In this document: piece by piece, positions 38,896 through 48,501 of the stretch
Numbering within the stretch: position 1 is the stretch's first letter
Layout of the letters: every line of letters starts with the position of its first letter
Source: Draconibacterium orientale
Lineage (GTDB): Bacteria > Bacteroidota > Bacteroidia > Bacteroidales > Prolixibacteraceae
Direction: 5' to 3'
Assembly (NCBI GenBank): GCA_020726265.1
Contig: DYSZ01000002.1
Span: forward strand, 1,262-65,261
Length of the DNA: 64,000 nucleotides
Program-made: the position numbers and the translations under genes
Notes under the pieces: generated by a model
What the model saw: the letters and a program-made list of their open reading frames with translations, nothing else
The model's database searches: none
Told to the model about the DNA's origin: nothing

Positions 38896-38931
38896 AAAAA
38901 AAGGTTGAAATTTTGAATTTCAGCCTCTTTT
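38896..38931. terminator. bidirectional terminator
   Basis: aaaaaaa-ggttgaaa-ttttga-atttcagcc-tcttttt. Confidence 0.55.
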
Positions 38932-38941
38932 TGTTAGCTGG

Positions 38942-39151
38942 CTACCCCAGATACTTAAACGAAACTTTCAGTTTTACACGGTAAAACTCAATTTTGCCGT
39001 CTTTGATGTGCATGTCCATCTTTTTAACTTCGGCAATTCTCATTTCCCGCAGCGATTTCGCGGCTGCGGCAATGGCGTTTTGAGCAGCTTTTTCCCACGA
39101 TTCGGAGCTGCTACCCACCAATTCGATAATTTTGTAAACACTGTCGGGCAT
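38942..39151 (-). CDS. dodecin-family flavin-binding protein
   Basis: 69 aa. VYKIIELVGSSSESWEKAAQNAI...RIAEV is typical of dodecin. Confidence 0.8.
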   Translation of the reverse strand: MPDSVYKIIELVGSSSESWEKAAQNAIAAAAKSLREMRIAEVKKMDMHIKDGKIEFYRVKLKVSFKYLG

Positions 39152-39317
39152 AAATTTAAAATTTAAGGTGAACTTTTAAAAACTTATTTCACTTCGGTCT
39201 TATTTCAAAAGCTGTCCTTTTTTACGTTCATTTTTTTGTATGGTTTGCTGATTTACAAGTGAAGAATTATTAATGTATTTTAGGCACATCATAAAAATGA
39301 TAAACGACATTAGATTG

Positions 39318-40430
39318 TTATTTCTTGTAAACCCAGAGTTTCCAATCCGGGTTTTCGTGCATTCTACGGTTTAGTTCGGTAAACGCTTCTTCTTCTGTAT
39401 TATACGATGCGATGCCGACAAGAAAAATTTTGCCTTTCTGCCCGAGCAAACTTCCTTCGATTCCCTTGTTTTTTAGCTGGGCAATGAATTTCAGCGCATT
39501 TTCCTCGCTTTTAAAACTCCCACCTACCAGGAAATATTTTTGTGTTGATATGGATGACTGTGTTTGTGAAACTTCCACAGCCACAGTATCAGTCGGTTGA
39601 ATTGCGCCAGGGTTAATAACTTCTGGCTGAATTAATTCTGTTTTGATTTCGACAGATGGTGTGTCTTTAGGAGTCTTCTTCATGTTTTCAAAAATGAGGA
39701 AAGAAACCACAAAAATGGCAATCACCAGCAGAAATATCCATAACCATGTTCTGCTTTTTTTCGTTTCTTTTTTTAATTCGGCCACTTCAGTCTTTGGTTC
39801 AACAACTGTTGTTTTGGCGCTGTTGGGTTCAGTAATTATGGGTTTCCCAACGGGTTCTTCATGCAGAACAGAAACAGGGGGTTCCTCAGGTTGCACTTCA
39901 TTTACAATTTCAATTGCAGGTTTTGCCATTACTTCAGGTTCGTTTTCAATCTGAGTTTCTTCTTGTTCATTTAGGTCTTCAAACGAAAGTGGCTCAAAAC
40001 CAGCACCCTGAACAAACTGATTTTTATGGTACGAAATGAATGTAATTTCGTGGTTTTCGTTGTAAGAAAATTCTCCCAGGTCTCCAAAAATCACTGTTTC
40101 ACCTTTGTCGAGCTGGTACAGAATTTTTGTAACAGCCCTTTCAATTTTTTTGAAAGCATCATCGTAACTTACTTTTTTCGATCGGGCAATGTGCATGGCA
40201 AGCATCCCATCGTTGTTTTTCACCTGGTGAAAAAAGCGAACCTCCTTTCCCGGAGGAAGAATTTCCTTTTCTCTGATCACTGCTGGTTTGTACACCAAAA
40301 CAAAAGCGCCAAAATCAGGCACGATAACGGTTTGGTTATCAGATAATAATGCTGTAATAAAAATTGAAAGATCCACTTTTTGTTTTTTTTTGATTTGCTG
40401 TAAAAGTAGAAAAACATCGTGTTTTGGCAT
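39318..40430 (-). CDS. HU-like (HU-CCDC81) + SPOR domain protein
   Basis: N-terminal VIVPDFGAFV motif, central TM segment, C-terminal SPOR-like YFLVGGSFKSEENALKF... Confidence 0.65.
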   Translation of the reverse strand: MPKHDVFLLLQQIKKKQKVDLSIFITALLSDNQTVIVPDFGAFVLVYKPAVIREKEILPPGKEVRFFHQVKNNDGMLAMHIARSKKVSYDDAFKKIERAVTKILYQLDKGETVIFGDLGEFSYNENHEITFISYHKNQFVQGAGFEPLSFEDLNEQEETQIENEPEVMAKPAIEIVNEVQPEEPPVSVLHEEPVGKPIITEPNSAKTTVVEPKTEVAELKKETKKSRTWLWIFLLVIAIFVVSFLIFENMKKTPKDTPSVEIKTELIQPEVINPGAIQPTDTVAVEVSQTQSSISTQKYFLVGGSFKSEENALKFIAQLKNKGIEGSLLGQKGKIFLVGIASYNTEEEAFTELNRRMHENPDWKLWVYKK

Positions 40431-40528
40431 TATTAAAATACAATAACTTCATCGAAAACAATAATACAACATGGAAGTGTCAGGTTAATTTTAATTACTT
40501 TTACAATTCAGTAAAAATTGATTATACA

Positions 40529-41557
40529 ATGGCAAAAAAAATTTTGGTTACAGGTGGTACAGGTTACATCGGGTCACATACCGTGGTCGAGTTGCAGCAA
40601 TTTGGATTTGAGGTAATTGTGGTTGACAATCTTTCTAATTCAGGAATTGAAGTATTGGAGAATATCGAAAGAATTACCGGATTAAAACCGGCCTTCGAAG
40701 AGTTTGATCTGGCAGACAGGATATTGACCGATGATTTTTTTGCAAGAAACAATGACATCGATGCCATTATTCATTTTGCAGCTTTTAAAGCAGTTGGCGA
40801 ATCGGTGCAAAAACCACTGAATTATTACCGGAACAACTTGGTTTCGCTGATGAATATACTTGAAAATCAGATCAGGTTTGGTATTTCAAACCTGGTATTT
40901 TCGTCGTCGTGTACAGTTTACGGGCAACCCGATGTTCTGCCGGTAACCGAACAAACACCCCGAAAAGATGCCGAGTCGCCATATGGAAATACAAAACGCA
41001 TCAGCGAGGATATTTTACGCGAAACAATTGCTGTAAATCCGCAAATTAAAGGAATTGCATTGCGCTACTTTAATCCGGTTGGAGCACATTCTTCGGCGCT
41101 GATTGGCGAATTGCCACTGGGTGTTCCGCAAAATCTTGTGCCGTTTATTACACAAACTGCTGCCGGATTGCGCAACGAATTAAAGGTTTTCGGAAATGAT
41201 TACAACACCCCCGATGGTTCGGCTGTGCGCGATTATATTAATGTGGTTGACCTGGCCAAAGCCCATGTTATTGCAATTGAGCGATTGCTGAAAGCGAAAA
41301 ATAAATCCAACTACGAAGTGTTTAATCTGGGTACCGGAACCGGACTTTCAGTTCTTGAAGTGGTCACGGGTTTTGAAAGGGCTACTGGTGTTAAACTGAA
41401 CTATGAAATTGTTGACCGACGCGCCGGCGATGTAGAAAAAATTTGGGCCGATACTTCCTTTGCCAACGAAGAACTGGGCTGGAAAGCAGAAAAAGGACTG
41501 GATGAAACATTGCTTTCGGCCTGGAGTTGGGAAAAGAGAGTCAGGGGAATTAAATAA
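40529..41557 (+). CDS. galE: UDP-glucose 4-epimerase
   Basis: Start moved to MAKKILVTGGTGYIGSH. YGNTK active-site motif. Confidence 0.9.
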   Translation: MAKKILVTGGTGYIGSHTVVELQQFGFEVIVVDNLSNSGIEVLENIERITGLKPAFEEFDLADRILTDDFFARNNDIDAIIHFAAFKAVGESVQKPLNYYRNNLVSLMNILENQIRFGISNLVFSSSCTVYGQPDVLPVTEQTPRKDAESPYGNTKRISEDILRETIAVNPQIKGIALRYFNPVGAHSSALIGELPLGVPQNLVPFITQTAAGLRNELKVFGNDYNTPDGSAVRDYINVVDLAKAHVIAIERLLKAKNKSNYEVFNLGTGTGLSVLEVVTGFERATGVKLNYEIVDRRAGDVEKIWADTSFANEELGWKAEKGLDETLLSAWSWEKRVRGIK

Positions 41558-41564
41558 GTAAAAT

Positions 41565-42617
41565 ATGAAAACTATTCTCATTACCGGCGGTGCCGGATTT
41601 ATCGGTTCGCATGTGGTGCGGCTGTTTGTGAATAAATATCCTGATTATAAAATTGTTAACCTCGATAAACTGACTTATGCGGGAAATTTGAACAACTTAA
41701 ACGATGTTGAAAATAAGGCCAATTATGAGTTTGTAAAAGGTGATATCGTTGACGGAGAATTTATTCAGCGGCTGTTTACTGAAAAACAGTTCGACGGGGT
41801 TGTCCATCTTGCTGCCGAATCGCACGTTGACCGCTCAATTTCGAACCCCACTGAGTTTGTTTTTACCAATGTGATTGGTACTGTGAACCTGCTGAATGCT
41901 GCCAAAACCATCTGGAAGGATAATTTCGAAGGGAAAAAGTTCTACCATATTTCAACCGATGAGGTATATGGCTCGCTGGGCGATGAGGGTATGTTTACCG
42001 AAGAAACAAAATATGACCCGCACAGTCCGTATTCAGCATCAAAAGCCAGTTCCGACCATTTTGTACGTGCATATCTCGATACTTTTGGTGTGCCATCGGT
42101 GATTTCAAACTGCTCAAACAATTACGGATCGTTTCAGTTTCCCGAAAAACTGATCCCGCTTTTTATTCATAACATCAAAAATAACATGCCGTTGCCTGTT
42201 TACGGGAAAGGCGAAAACGTGCGCGACTGGCTTTGGGTAGTCGATCATGCACGCGCTATTGATGTGATTTTTCATCGAGGCAAAGTTGGCGAAACTTACA
42301 ACATTGGCGGTTTTAACGAGTGGACAAACATCGACCTGATAAAACTGATGTGCCGCAAAATGGACGAAAAACTGGGCCGTCAGGCAGGAGAATCAGAAAA
42401 GCTTATAAACCATGTGAAAGACCGCGCCGGACACGATTTGCGTTACGCTATTGATGCCACAAAAATAAAAAGGGAACTGGGTTGGGAGCCTTCACTGCAA
42501 TTTGAGGAAGGCATTGAAAAAACCATCGATTGGTACCTCGAAAACGAAGCCTGGCTCAACAATGTAACCTCGGGCGATTACCAGAAATATTACGAACAGC
42601 AGTATGTAAAACGGTAG
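41565..42617 (+). CDS. rfbB: dTDP-glucose 4,6-dehydratase
   Basis: ILITGGAGFIGSH, YSASKASSDH, and 350 aa. Confidence 0.9.
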   Translation: MKTILITGGAGFIGSHVVRLFVNKYPDYKIVNLDKLTYAGNLNNLNDVENKANYEFVKGDIVDGEFIQRLFTEKQFDGVVHLAAESHVDRSISNPTEFVFTNVIGTVNLLNAAKTIWKDNFEGKKFYHISTDEVYGSLGDEGMFTEETKYDPHSPYSASKASSDHFVRAYLDTFGVPSVISNCSNNYGSFQFPEKLIPLFIHNIKNNMPLPVYGKGENVRDWLWVVDHARAIDVIFHRGKVGETYNIGGFNEWTNIDLIKLMCRKMDEKLGRQAGESEKLINHVKDRAGHDLRYAIDATKIKRELGWEPSLQFEEGIEKTIDWYLENEAWLNNVTSGDYQKYYEQQYVKR

Positions 42618-42618
42618 A

Positions 42619-42662
42619 AAGCCTGTCAACCTCTCCCCGGTCCTCTCCAGGGGAGAGAGAGA
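42619..42662. repeat. GC-rich hairpin repeat, copy 5
   Basis: agcctgtcaacctctcccc-gg-tcctctcc-agg-ggagagag. Immediately after the rfbB stop. Confidence 0.65.
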
Positions 42663-42690
42663 TAGAAAAATTTAAGCTCAATCCCTTGGA

Positions 42691-43461
42691 TCATTTCACG
42701 CGAATAAAAGGTTCACCTTCGGAGGAAGGAATGTATTGCTGAATTGCCTTTTCCCATATCAAATATCCTTGACCATTTAGGTGTAGTCCATCATTCGACA
42801 GAGATTTGTTTAACACATTAAAATCTGTTTTCAATAAATCAAAAAGATTAATGAATGTAAGATTGTATTTCTGAGCTAATGATTCTAATCCACTATTAAT
42901 TAAAACTATATCCGTATTTTGTAAATTTGCTCGATTATCTGTTGGTAGAATACTTTGAATAAATAGATTTGTTTCTAGTGATTTTTCAATTATAAGTTCA
43001 ATAAGCTTTTTATAATCTGATAAAATTTGCTCAACCTTTCTTCTTCTTGACAAATCGTTTATTCCAATCATTAGAAAAATCTTACTCGGCTTTGATTCGG
43101 TTACTTCGTCTAATCTATCAATAACACCATTGATTACATCACCACCAATCCCTCTATTTTTAATATTTTGTTTTCCAAAGAGTTCATTCCAATCACAATA
43201 GTCTGTAATACTGTTTCCCAAAAATATGATTTCCGCTGAGTCATTGGGCATAATTTCGAAAATGCTTTTTTTAGCATAGTAATAAGTACCATAATCTTTA
43301 ACCGGCAGCGTATTTGATTGGATATTAAATTTGAGTTTTAAATAATTTAAACCGCCTTTTTTATGAATTACATAGAAAATAAACAAAATAAAACTGAAAT
43401 TGAAAATTAATGAGATTGTAAAGATTCTTTTCATTTGTGTTGATTTTATATTAGTTGTCAT
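42691..43461 (-). CDS. SGNH/GDSL-family hydrolase
   Basis: FLGNSITD (block I), GINDL and DGLHLN (block V). Visibly AT-richer than its neighbours. Confidence 0.75.
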   Translation of the reverse strand: MTTNIKSTQMKRIFTISLIFNFSFILFIFYVIHKKGGLNYLKLKFNIQSNTLPVKDYGTYYYAKKSIFEIMPNDSAEIIFLGNSITDYCDWNELFGKQNIKNRGIGGDVINGVIDRLDEVTESKPSKIFLMIGINDLSRRRKVEQILSDYKKLIELIIEKSLETNLFIQSILPTDNRANLQNTDIVLINSGLESLAQKYNLTFINLFDLLKTDFNVLNKSLSNDGLHLNGQGYLIWEKAIQQYIPSSEGEPFIRVK

Positions 43462-43519
43462 ATATGATAACCGAAGGGCGGATATAAAACAAAATCTTAG
43501 TTGTCGTGAATGACAACTG

Positions 43520-43738
43520 ATGAAAAAGGAGGAACTTCAAAAAATTATTGGTAATCGTATCAAGCTTTTAAGAGAGTCTAAGGGAATCTCACAACAAGTT
43601 TTAGCTGCGATGTGCAATTTTGAGAAGGGAAATATGTCAAGAATTGAAGCAAGAAGAGCGAATCCGACTCTTACAACTTTATATAAAATCAGTCAGTCCT
43701 TAGGAATAAAAGTTACAGACATTGTAGATTTTGAATAA
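43520..43738 (+). CDS. XRE-family helix-turn-helix transcriptional regulator
   Basis: 72 aa. IKLLRESKGISQQVLAAMCNFEKGNMSRIE is the Cro/C1 HTH pattern. Confidence 0.8.
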   Translation: MKKEELQKIIGNRIKLLRESKGISQQVLAAMCNFEKGNMSRIEARRANPTLTTLYKISQSLGIKVTDIVDFE

Positions 43739-43810
43739 TTGAATTACTCTCACAACTAAGTTTACATTTCAAAATAATCAGCCAAAAATTTCTCAAACAG
43801 TTTTTTATTC

Positions 43811-43818
43811 TATCTTTG
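43811..43818 (+). promoter_or_regulatory. candidate -7 promoter box for rpsP (TAtcTTTG)
   Basis: TAnnTTTG 23 nt upstream of the ATG at 43842. Confidence 0.45.
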
Positions 43819-43841
43819 CGCCACATTTTTAAAAAATAAGT

Positions 43842-44390
43842 ATGTCAGTAAAAATGAGACTAGCGCGGCATGGCCGCAAACGTTATGCCTACTACCACAT
43901 TGTGGTGGCAGATAGCAGGGCGCCACGAGATGGCAGGTATATTGAATTAATAGGAACGTACAATCCGAATTCAAATCCTGCTACTATAAATCTCGATTTT
44001 GACAAAGCTTACGATTGGCTTACAAAAGGCGCACAACCAACCGACACTGTACGTGCAATTTTGTCGTACAAAGGTGTGCTCTACAAAAAACACCTCATGG
44101 GTGGTGTGAAAAAAGGTGCATTCGATGCAGTTGAAGCTGAAAAACGCCTCGACGCATGGATGACAGAAAAAGATGCCAAAATTCAGGCAAAAATCGACCG
44201 TTTAGCTGTTGACGCTGATAAAGAAGTAAAACAACAGCTGGCTGCCGAAGTAAAAGTGAAGGAACAAAAAGCTGTTGCTATTGCTGCTAAAAATGCAGAA
44301 TTGGCTGCCGAAGCCAGAGCAGCAAAAGAAGCTGAAGCACAGGCTGAAACACCTGCCGAAGCTCCGGAAACAGAAGGTGCTGAATCTTAA
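43842..44390 (+). CDS. rpsP: 30S ribosomal protein S16 with Ala/Glu/Lys-rich C-terminal extension
   Basis: [41 protein letters not shown]. Confidence 0.9.
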   Translation: MSVKMRLARHGRKRYAYYHIVVADSRAPRDGRYIELIGTYNPNSNPATINLDFDKAYDWLTKGAQPTDTVRAILSYKGVLYKKHLMGGVKKGAFDAVEAEKRLDAWMTEKDAKIQAKIDRLAVDADKEVKQQLAAEVKVKEQKAVAIAAKNAELAAEARAAKEAEAQAETPAEAPETEGAES

Positions 44391-44412
44391 TCAGAAATCA
44401 TCATCTCGAAAT

Positions 44413-44447
44413 AAAACCATTCATCGTTACGTTGAGTGGTTTTTTTT
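44413..44447 (+). terminator. rpsP rho-independent terminator
   Basis: aaccattca-(9 nt)-tgagtggtt followed by a T7 run. Confidence 0.75.
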
Positions 44448-44450
44448 ATT

Positions 44451-44950
44451 GTGCGCCGTACATGCTTATCATTTTGAAGGAGTAATTCCTTTATGGGGGT
44501 CGGGTAGTTCAACCATTAGCCAAGAGCAAGGGTGTGCATTGTGAGGTGGAATCTGAAGGATGCTGGCGGCAAAGTACTGAACCGTGGAACACGAACCACC
44601 TCAGGCATTTCCAACCGGACGGGTTTGCAATACAAAACGAAGTACAACAACTACCCGGAGGTTGAGGGTGTAAACAGATATGGAAACAATGGAAAAATAT
44701 CAAGACGAAACGTCGAACCCTTATAAACCTTGGCATTCCAAAACAAAAAGCTTGGGAATATGCAAATACAAGGAAAGGTTTCTGGCGCACAGCCCAAAGC
44801 CCAATACTGCAAGTAGGCATATCCGATGACCGGTTACGTCAATGGGGTTACGTCTTTTGCTCGGATTGCTATAAAACTGTTCATCGTGTACAATAAAGAA
44901 CCGCCGTGTACCGAACGGTACGCACGGTGGTGTGAGAGGTCGGAACATGA
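44451..44950 (+). ncRNA. ORF-less group II intron ribozyme, class C (IIC)-like; 3' boundary uncertain (44945-44995)
   Basis: Starts GTGCG 3 nt after the terminator T-run. The domain V-like hairpin at 44899-44932 (aaccgccgtgtacc-gaac-ggtacgcacggtggtg) has a CGC triad, a G.U wobble and a 2-nt CG bulge. No RT-sized ORF is present. Internal stretches (ggaatctgaagga..cggcaaa, ggaacacgaac, tttgcaatacaaaac) match my recollection of the Oceanobacillus iheyensis IIC intron. Confidence 0.75.
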
Positions 44951-45053
44951 AATAGGAGAAAAACCTATTTTATTTTCCTCTTGCTCGATTGTAATTTTGT
45001 GAGGTTTAAATGTTCAGTTTTAGTCTGAACTTCAGTGATGACCGAAATGTTTT

Positions 45054-45061
45054 TATATTTG
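45054..45061 (+). promoter_or_regulatory. candidate -7 promoter box (TAtaTTTG)
   Basis: 18 nt upstream of the ATG at 45080. Confidence 0.4.
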
Positions 45062-45079
45062 TGACCAATTGACGCATTG

Positions 45080-45982
45080 ATGGAAATTCTTTCACATTCT
45101 TATATCGATATTCTCATCAGCATTGTGTTGGCGGCCATCATGTTCGGACTTGGGCTATCGCTGACTTTTGCCAATTTCAAAAATGTATTACTGCACCCAA
45201 AAGCTTTTTTTGTAGGATTGGGGGCACAAATGCTGTTTTTACCGGCGGTCGCCTTTATCATTCTGTTGTTCTCAAATCTTCCGAATGAGTTTAAAGTCGG
45301 GATTATGATTCTAGCTGTTTGTCCGGGTGGCACAACTTCAGGGTTTGTTACCTATCTTTTTAAGGGGAATGTAGCTTTGTCAATCGCATTAACTGTAATT
45401 AACAGTATTCTCACACTTTTTACAATTCCGCTTGTTGTAAATCTGGCGCTAAGGTATTTTATGGGTCGCGAAGCCGAATTGCACTTGCCAATATTTGAGT
45501 CAGTTGCCCAAATGTTTCTGATAACATTGTTCCCAGCTTTCATTGGCGTAATGGTTCGTACTTTTAAACCAGCTGCCGCCGATGTGATGCAAAAACCGGT
45601 TAAATACATGATGATTATGTTGCTTGCATTAGTTTACCTCATCAAGTTTTTTGCCGGCGACGAACATGGCGGTTCAGGAATTACCTTCCACGAAATGTGG
45701 AGCATCTTCCCTTACGTTTTTATTTTCAATGTGGTTTGTTTTGTCTTCAGTATTTTTATCGGCAAAGTTGCAAAACTGTGGATTCGCGATGCATTTACAA
45801 TTGCCATTGAAGTTGCGTTGCACAATACAACACTGGCTTTGCTTATTGCCGGAACATTATTGCATAACCAGGAAATGGCAAAACCCGCATTATTATACTC
45901 GTTGTTTTCGTTTTGGACAGCCCTGATTTTTGGTTTAATCATGCTGAAGTTTTACAAAAAGCAATTCAACGAAAACAAATAA
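45080..45982 (+). CDS. bile acid:sodium symporter (BASS/SBF) family transporter
   Basis: Polytopic membrane protein. FGLGLSL..F, and AVCPGGTTSG is typical of the SBF family. Confidence 0.75.
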   Translation: MEILSHSYIDILISIVLAAIMFGLGLSLTFANFKNVLLHPKAFFVGLGAQMLFLPAVAFIILLFSNLPNEFKVGIMILAVCPGGTTSGFVTYLFKGNVALSIALTVINSILTLFTIPLVVNLALRYFMGREAELHLPIFESVAQMFLITLFPAFIGVMVRTFKPAAADVMQKPVKYMMIMLLALVYLIKFFAGDEHGGSGITFHEMWSIFPYVFIFNVVCFVFSIFIGKVAKLWIRDAFTIAIEVALHNTTLALLIAGTLLHNQEMAKPALLYSLFSFWTALIFGLIMLKFYKKQFNENK

Positions 45983-46009
45983 ATTTGTATCGTAAAATTA
46001 TATGATATC

Positions 46010-47299
46010 ATGTTTACCGATATTTTAATTACTCTCGTTCTGGTTTCGTTAAACGGCTTCTTTGTTGCCGCCGAGTTCGCAATCGTAAAGGTTCGTTCGT
46101 CGCAGATTGAGGTAAAAGTGAAAGAGGGAGTTGGGGTTGCTGTACTTGCCAAACACATTGTTTCGCATCTCGACGGATACCTTGCAGCCACCCAACTGGG
46201 TATCACACTGGCAAGTCTTGGACTCGGTTGGATTGGTGAACCTGTTGTTTCGAAAATTATTATCAACTTAATGAATGTGGTTGGTGTTGAACTTACCGCA
46301 GAACTTGCCCATCAGATTGCATTGCCTGTGGCATTTGTCATCATCACCATTTTACACATTGTTTTTGGTGAGCTTGCACCAAAATCAATGGCCATTCAGC
46401 GTCCTGAAAAAGTTACCCTTTTTATCGCTTACCCATTACAGTTTTTCTTTTTTGTTTTCCGCCCGTTTATATGGTTGTTAAACGGAATTGCCAACCTGTT
46501 GCTGAAAAGTATCGGAATATCATCGGTTCACGGTTCCGAAATTCATTCAAGCGAAGAGCTGAAATACCTTGTGGAACAGGGACAGCAAAGTGGAAGGATT
46601 GACGAGGATGAATACAAAATCATCAGAAATGCATTTGATTTTTCAGAGCAAACAGTAAAGCAGATTATGGTTCCGCGCATTCAGGTTTTTGCCGTAGATG
46701 TTAACAGTTTCGGGACTAAAACACTTGAGAAAATTATCGGGGAAAGCTATTCCCGTATCCCGGTTTACGACGGAAATATTGATAATATTCTTGGAGTTGT
46801 TTACCTTAAAGATGTGTTGATTGCAGCATTGAAAACAGATAAACCTGATATTCGCGACCTGATAAGAGCCATGATTATTGTTCCTGATTCGAAAAATATT
46901 GGAAAATTGTTGAATGAATTCCAGGTGAGGCACCAGCAAATGGCACTTGTGGTGAATGAGTACGGCGGAACTGAGGGAATCATTACGATGGAAGATATTC
47001 TTGAAGAGTTGGTCGGCGAAATTCAGGATGAATTCGATAATGAAATCCCGTTTGTTGAAAAAACTGCCGAGAAAATATATCAGGTAATGGCATCGGCATC
47101 GATTGACGATATTAACGAAATGCTGCCTCACCCGGTTAGCAAGGACAAAAAATACGAAACACTTGCGGGTTTCCTGATTTTCAAATTTGGCAAAATCCCC
47201 AATGTAAGGGAGCGAATTCAGATTGACGATTACGAATTTATCGTTTTAAAACGGAGTAAGAGTTCGGTTTTGCTTGTGCAAATGAACGACTTACTGTGA
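46010..47299 (+). CDS. CNNM/HlyC-type hemolysin-family protein (DUF21 + CBS pair + CorC_HlyC)
   Basis: NGFFVAAEFAIVKVR, FGELAPKS, CBS region, and the C-terminal transporter-associated domain. Confidence 0.85.
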   Translation: MFTDILITLVLVSLNGFFVAAEFAIVKVRSSQIEVKVKEGVGVAVLAKHIVSHLDGYLAATQLGITLASLGLGWIGEPVVSKIIINLMNVVGVELTAELAHQIALPVAFVIITILHIVFGELAPKSMAIQRPEKVTLFIAYPLQFFFFVFRPFIWLLNGIANLLLKSIGISSVHGSEIHSSEELKYLVEQGQQSGRIDEDEYKIIRNAFDFSEQTVKQIMVPRIQVFAVDVNSFGTKTLEKIIGESYSRIPVYDGNIDNILGVVYLKDVLIAALKTDKPDIRDLIRAMIIVPDSKNIGKLLNEFQVRHQQMALVVNEYGGTEGIITMEDILEELVGEIQDEFDNEIPFVEKTAEKIYQVMASASIDDINEMLPHPVSKDKKYETLAGFLIFKFGKIPNVRERIQIDDYEFIVLKRSKSSVLLVQMNDLL

Positions 47300-47355
47300 T
47301 TGGATCAGTAAACAGATTTAATGTTCGGTTTCTAACCATGCAAACGCTCAATTTG

Positions 47356-47363
47356 TATATTTG
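47356..47363 (+). promoter_or_regulatory. candidate -7 promoter box (TAtaTTTG)
   Basis: 20 nt upstream of the ATG at 47384. Confidence 0.4.
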
Positions 47364-47383
47364 TGAGTTTTAAAAAAGCAGCG

Positions 47384-47653
47384 ATGATAAACAATCTATT
47401 ATTCATAAGTGGGGGTGAAATTATTTTGGTGATGATGCTCGCCCTGCTTTTTTTCGGGGCCGACGCCATTCCGGGTATCGCCAAAACAGTGGGAAAAGCC
47501 ATGTACGAATTTAAAAAGGCTTCAAACGAAATTCAACGCGAAATAAACGAGCATACTTCCGACATAAAAAAAGACATCAACGAAGTATCGTCAACAGTTG
47601 ACAAGGAAACAAGCGAAATTAAAAAAGGTATTTCCGATAATTTTCAGGATTAG
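47384..47653 (+). CDS. tatA: twin-arginine translocase TatA/TatE subunit
   Basis: [37 protein letters not shown]. Start moved to the ATG at 47384, because the ORF-track start is GTG. Confidence 0.8.
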   Translation: MINNLLFISGGEIILVMMLALLFFGADAIPGIAKTVGKAMYEFKKASNEIQREINEHTSDIKKDINEVSSTVDKETSEIKKGISDNFQD

Positions 47654-47661
47654 AAACGGTT

Positions 47662-48351
47662 TTGCCTGCTCAGAATCGGTCAAAGTTTAATGATTACCCA
47701 TTGATAACAGCTGAAAAGATAACAAAGTCGTTTGGTACTTTACAGGTACTCAAAGGAATCGACCTGCAAATTGAAAAGGGTAAAATCCATTCAATTGTGG
47801 GTGCCAGCGGTGCCGGAAAAACCACTTTACTGCAAATTCTGGGTACATTAAGTAAGCCCGACAGCGGCAGAATACTTTTTGATAATCAGAATATTGCCTC
47901 ATTTTCCGACAAGGAAATTTCAGCTTTCCGTAACCGGCAAATCGGATTTGTATTTCAGTTTCACCATTTATTGCCAGAGTTTACGGCACTCGAAAATGTT
48001 TGCATTCCGGCTTACATCGCTAAAAAGTCGAAAATAGAAGCCGAAAAAAGGGCGCTCGAGCTTTTTGGCTACCTTGGTTTATCGCAACGAAAAGACCACA
48101 AACCCTCTGAACTTTCGGGCGGAGAGCGTCAACGAGTGGCTGTTGCCCGTGCACTTATCAATTCACCAGCAGTGGTTCTGGCCGATGAACCATCGGGTAA
48201 TCTCGATTCTGAAAACCGGAATGAACTTCATGAACTGCTTTTCAGGTTGCGCGACGATTTCGGACAAACTTTTATTATTGTAACACACGACGATGGATTT
48301 GCCGACCGCTCCGACCGGATTTTTCACATCAAAGATGGCATTTTGGCTTAA
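47662..48351 (+). CDS. lolD: lipoprotein-releasing system ATP-binding protein LolD-like ABC ATPase
   Basis: [24 protein letters not shown] and [11 protein letters not shown]. Non-ATG start (TTG), so the exact start is uncertain. Confidence 0.8.
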   Translation: MPAQNRSKFNDYPLITAEKITKSFGTLQVLKGIDLQIEKGKIHSIVGASGAGKTTLLQILGTLSKPDSGRILFDNQNIASFSDKEISAFRNRQIGFVFQFHHLLPEFTALENVCIPAYIAKKSKIEAEKRALELFGYLGLSQRKDHKPSELSGGERQRVAVARALINSPAVVLADEPSGNLDSENRNELHELLFRLRDDFGQTFIIVTHDDGFADRSDRIFHIKDGILA

Positions 48352-48501
48352 TGCGTGAGTGCGAGAATTAAAATTTACGATTTACGGATTTACGATTGAC
48401 TATTTAGCTGTCAACACTGATCCGGCATCTGAAAAATCAAGTATCAAATATCTAAAAACATCCAGAATCAAGAATCCATCATCCAGAAGCATCCAGCATC
48501 A

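Noticed and set aside
43842-44390. rpsP not being followed by rimM/trmD as a sign of rearrangement caused by the intron.
   Set aside because: rimM lies 14 kb away on the other strand with its own context. Uncoupling of rpsP and rimM is, as I recall, common in Bacteroidota, so the window gives no evidence that it is linked to the intron.
44275-44948. Four ORFs of 64-103 aa in the rpsP-BASS gap (44275-44544, 44509-44820, 44532-44726, 44721-44948).
   Set aside because: The region is better explained as a group IIC intron ribozyme. The ORFs overlap each other on both strands and show no protein-like motifs. The first merely reads out of frame through the rpsP 3' end.
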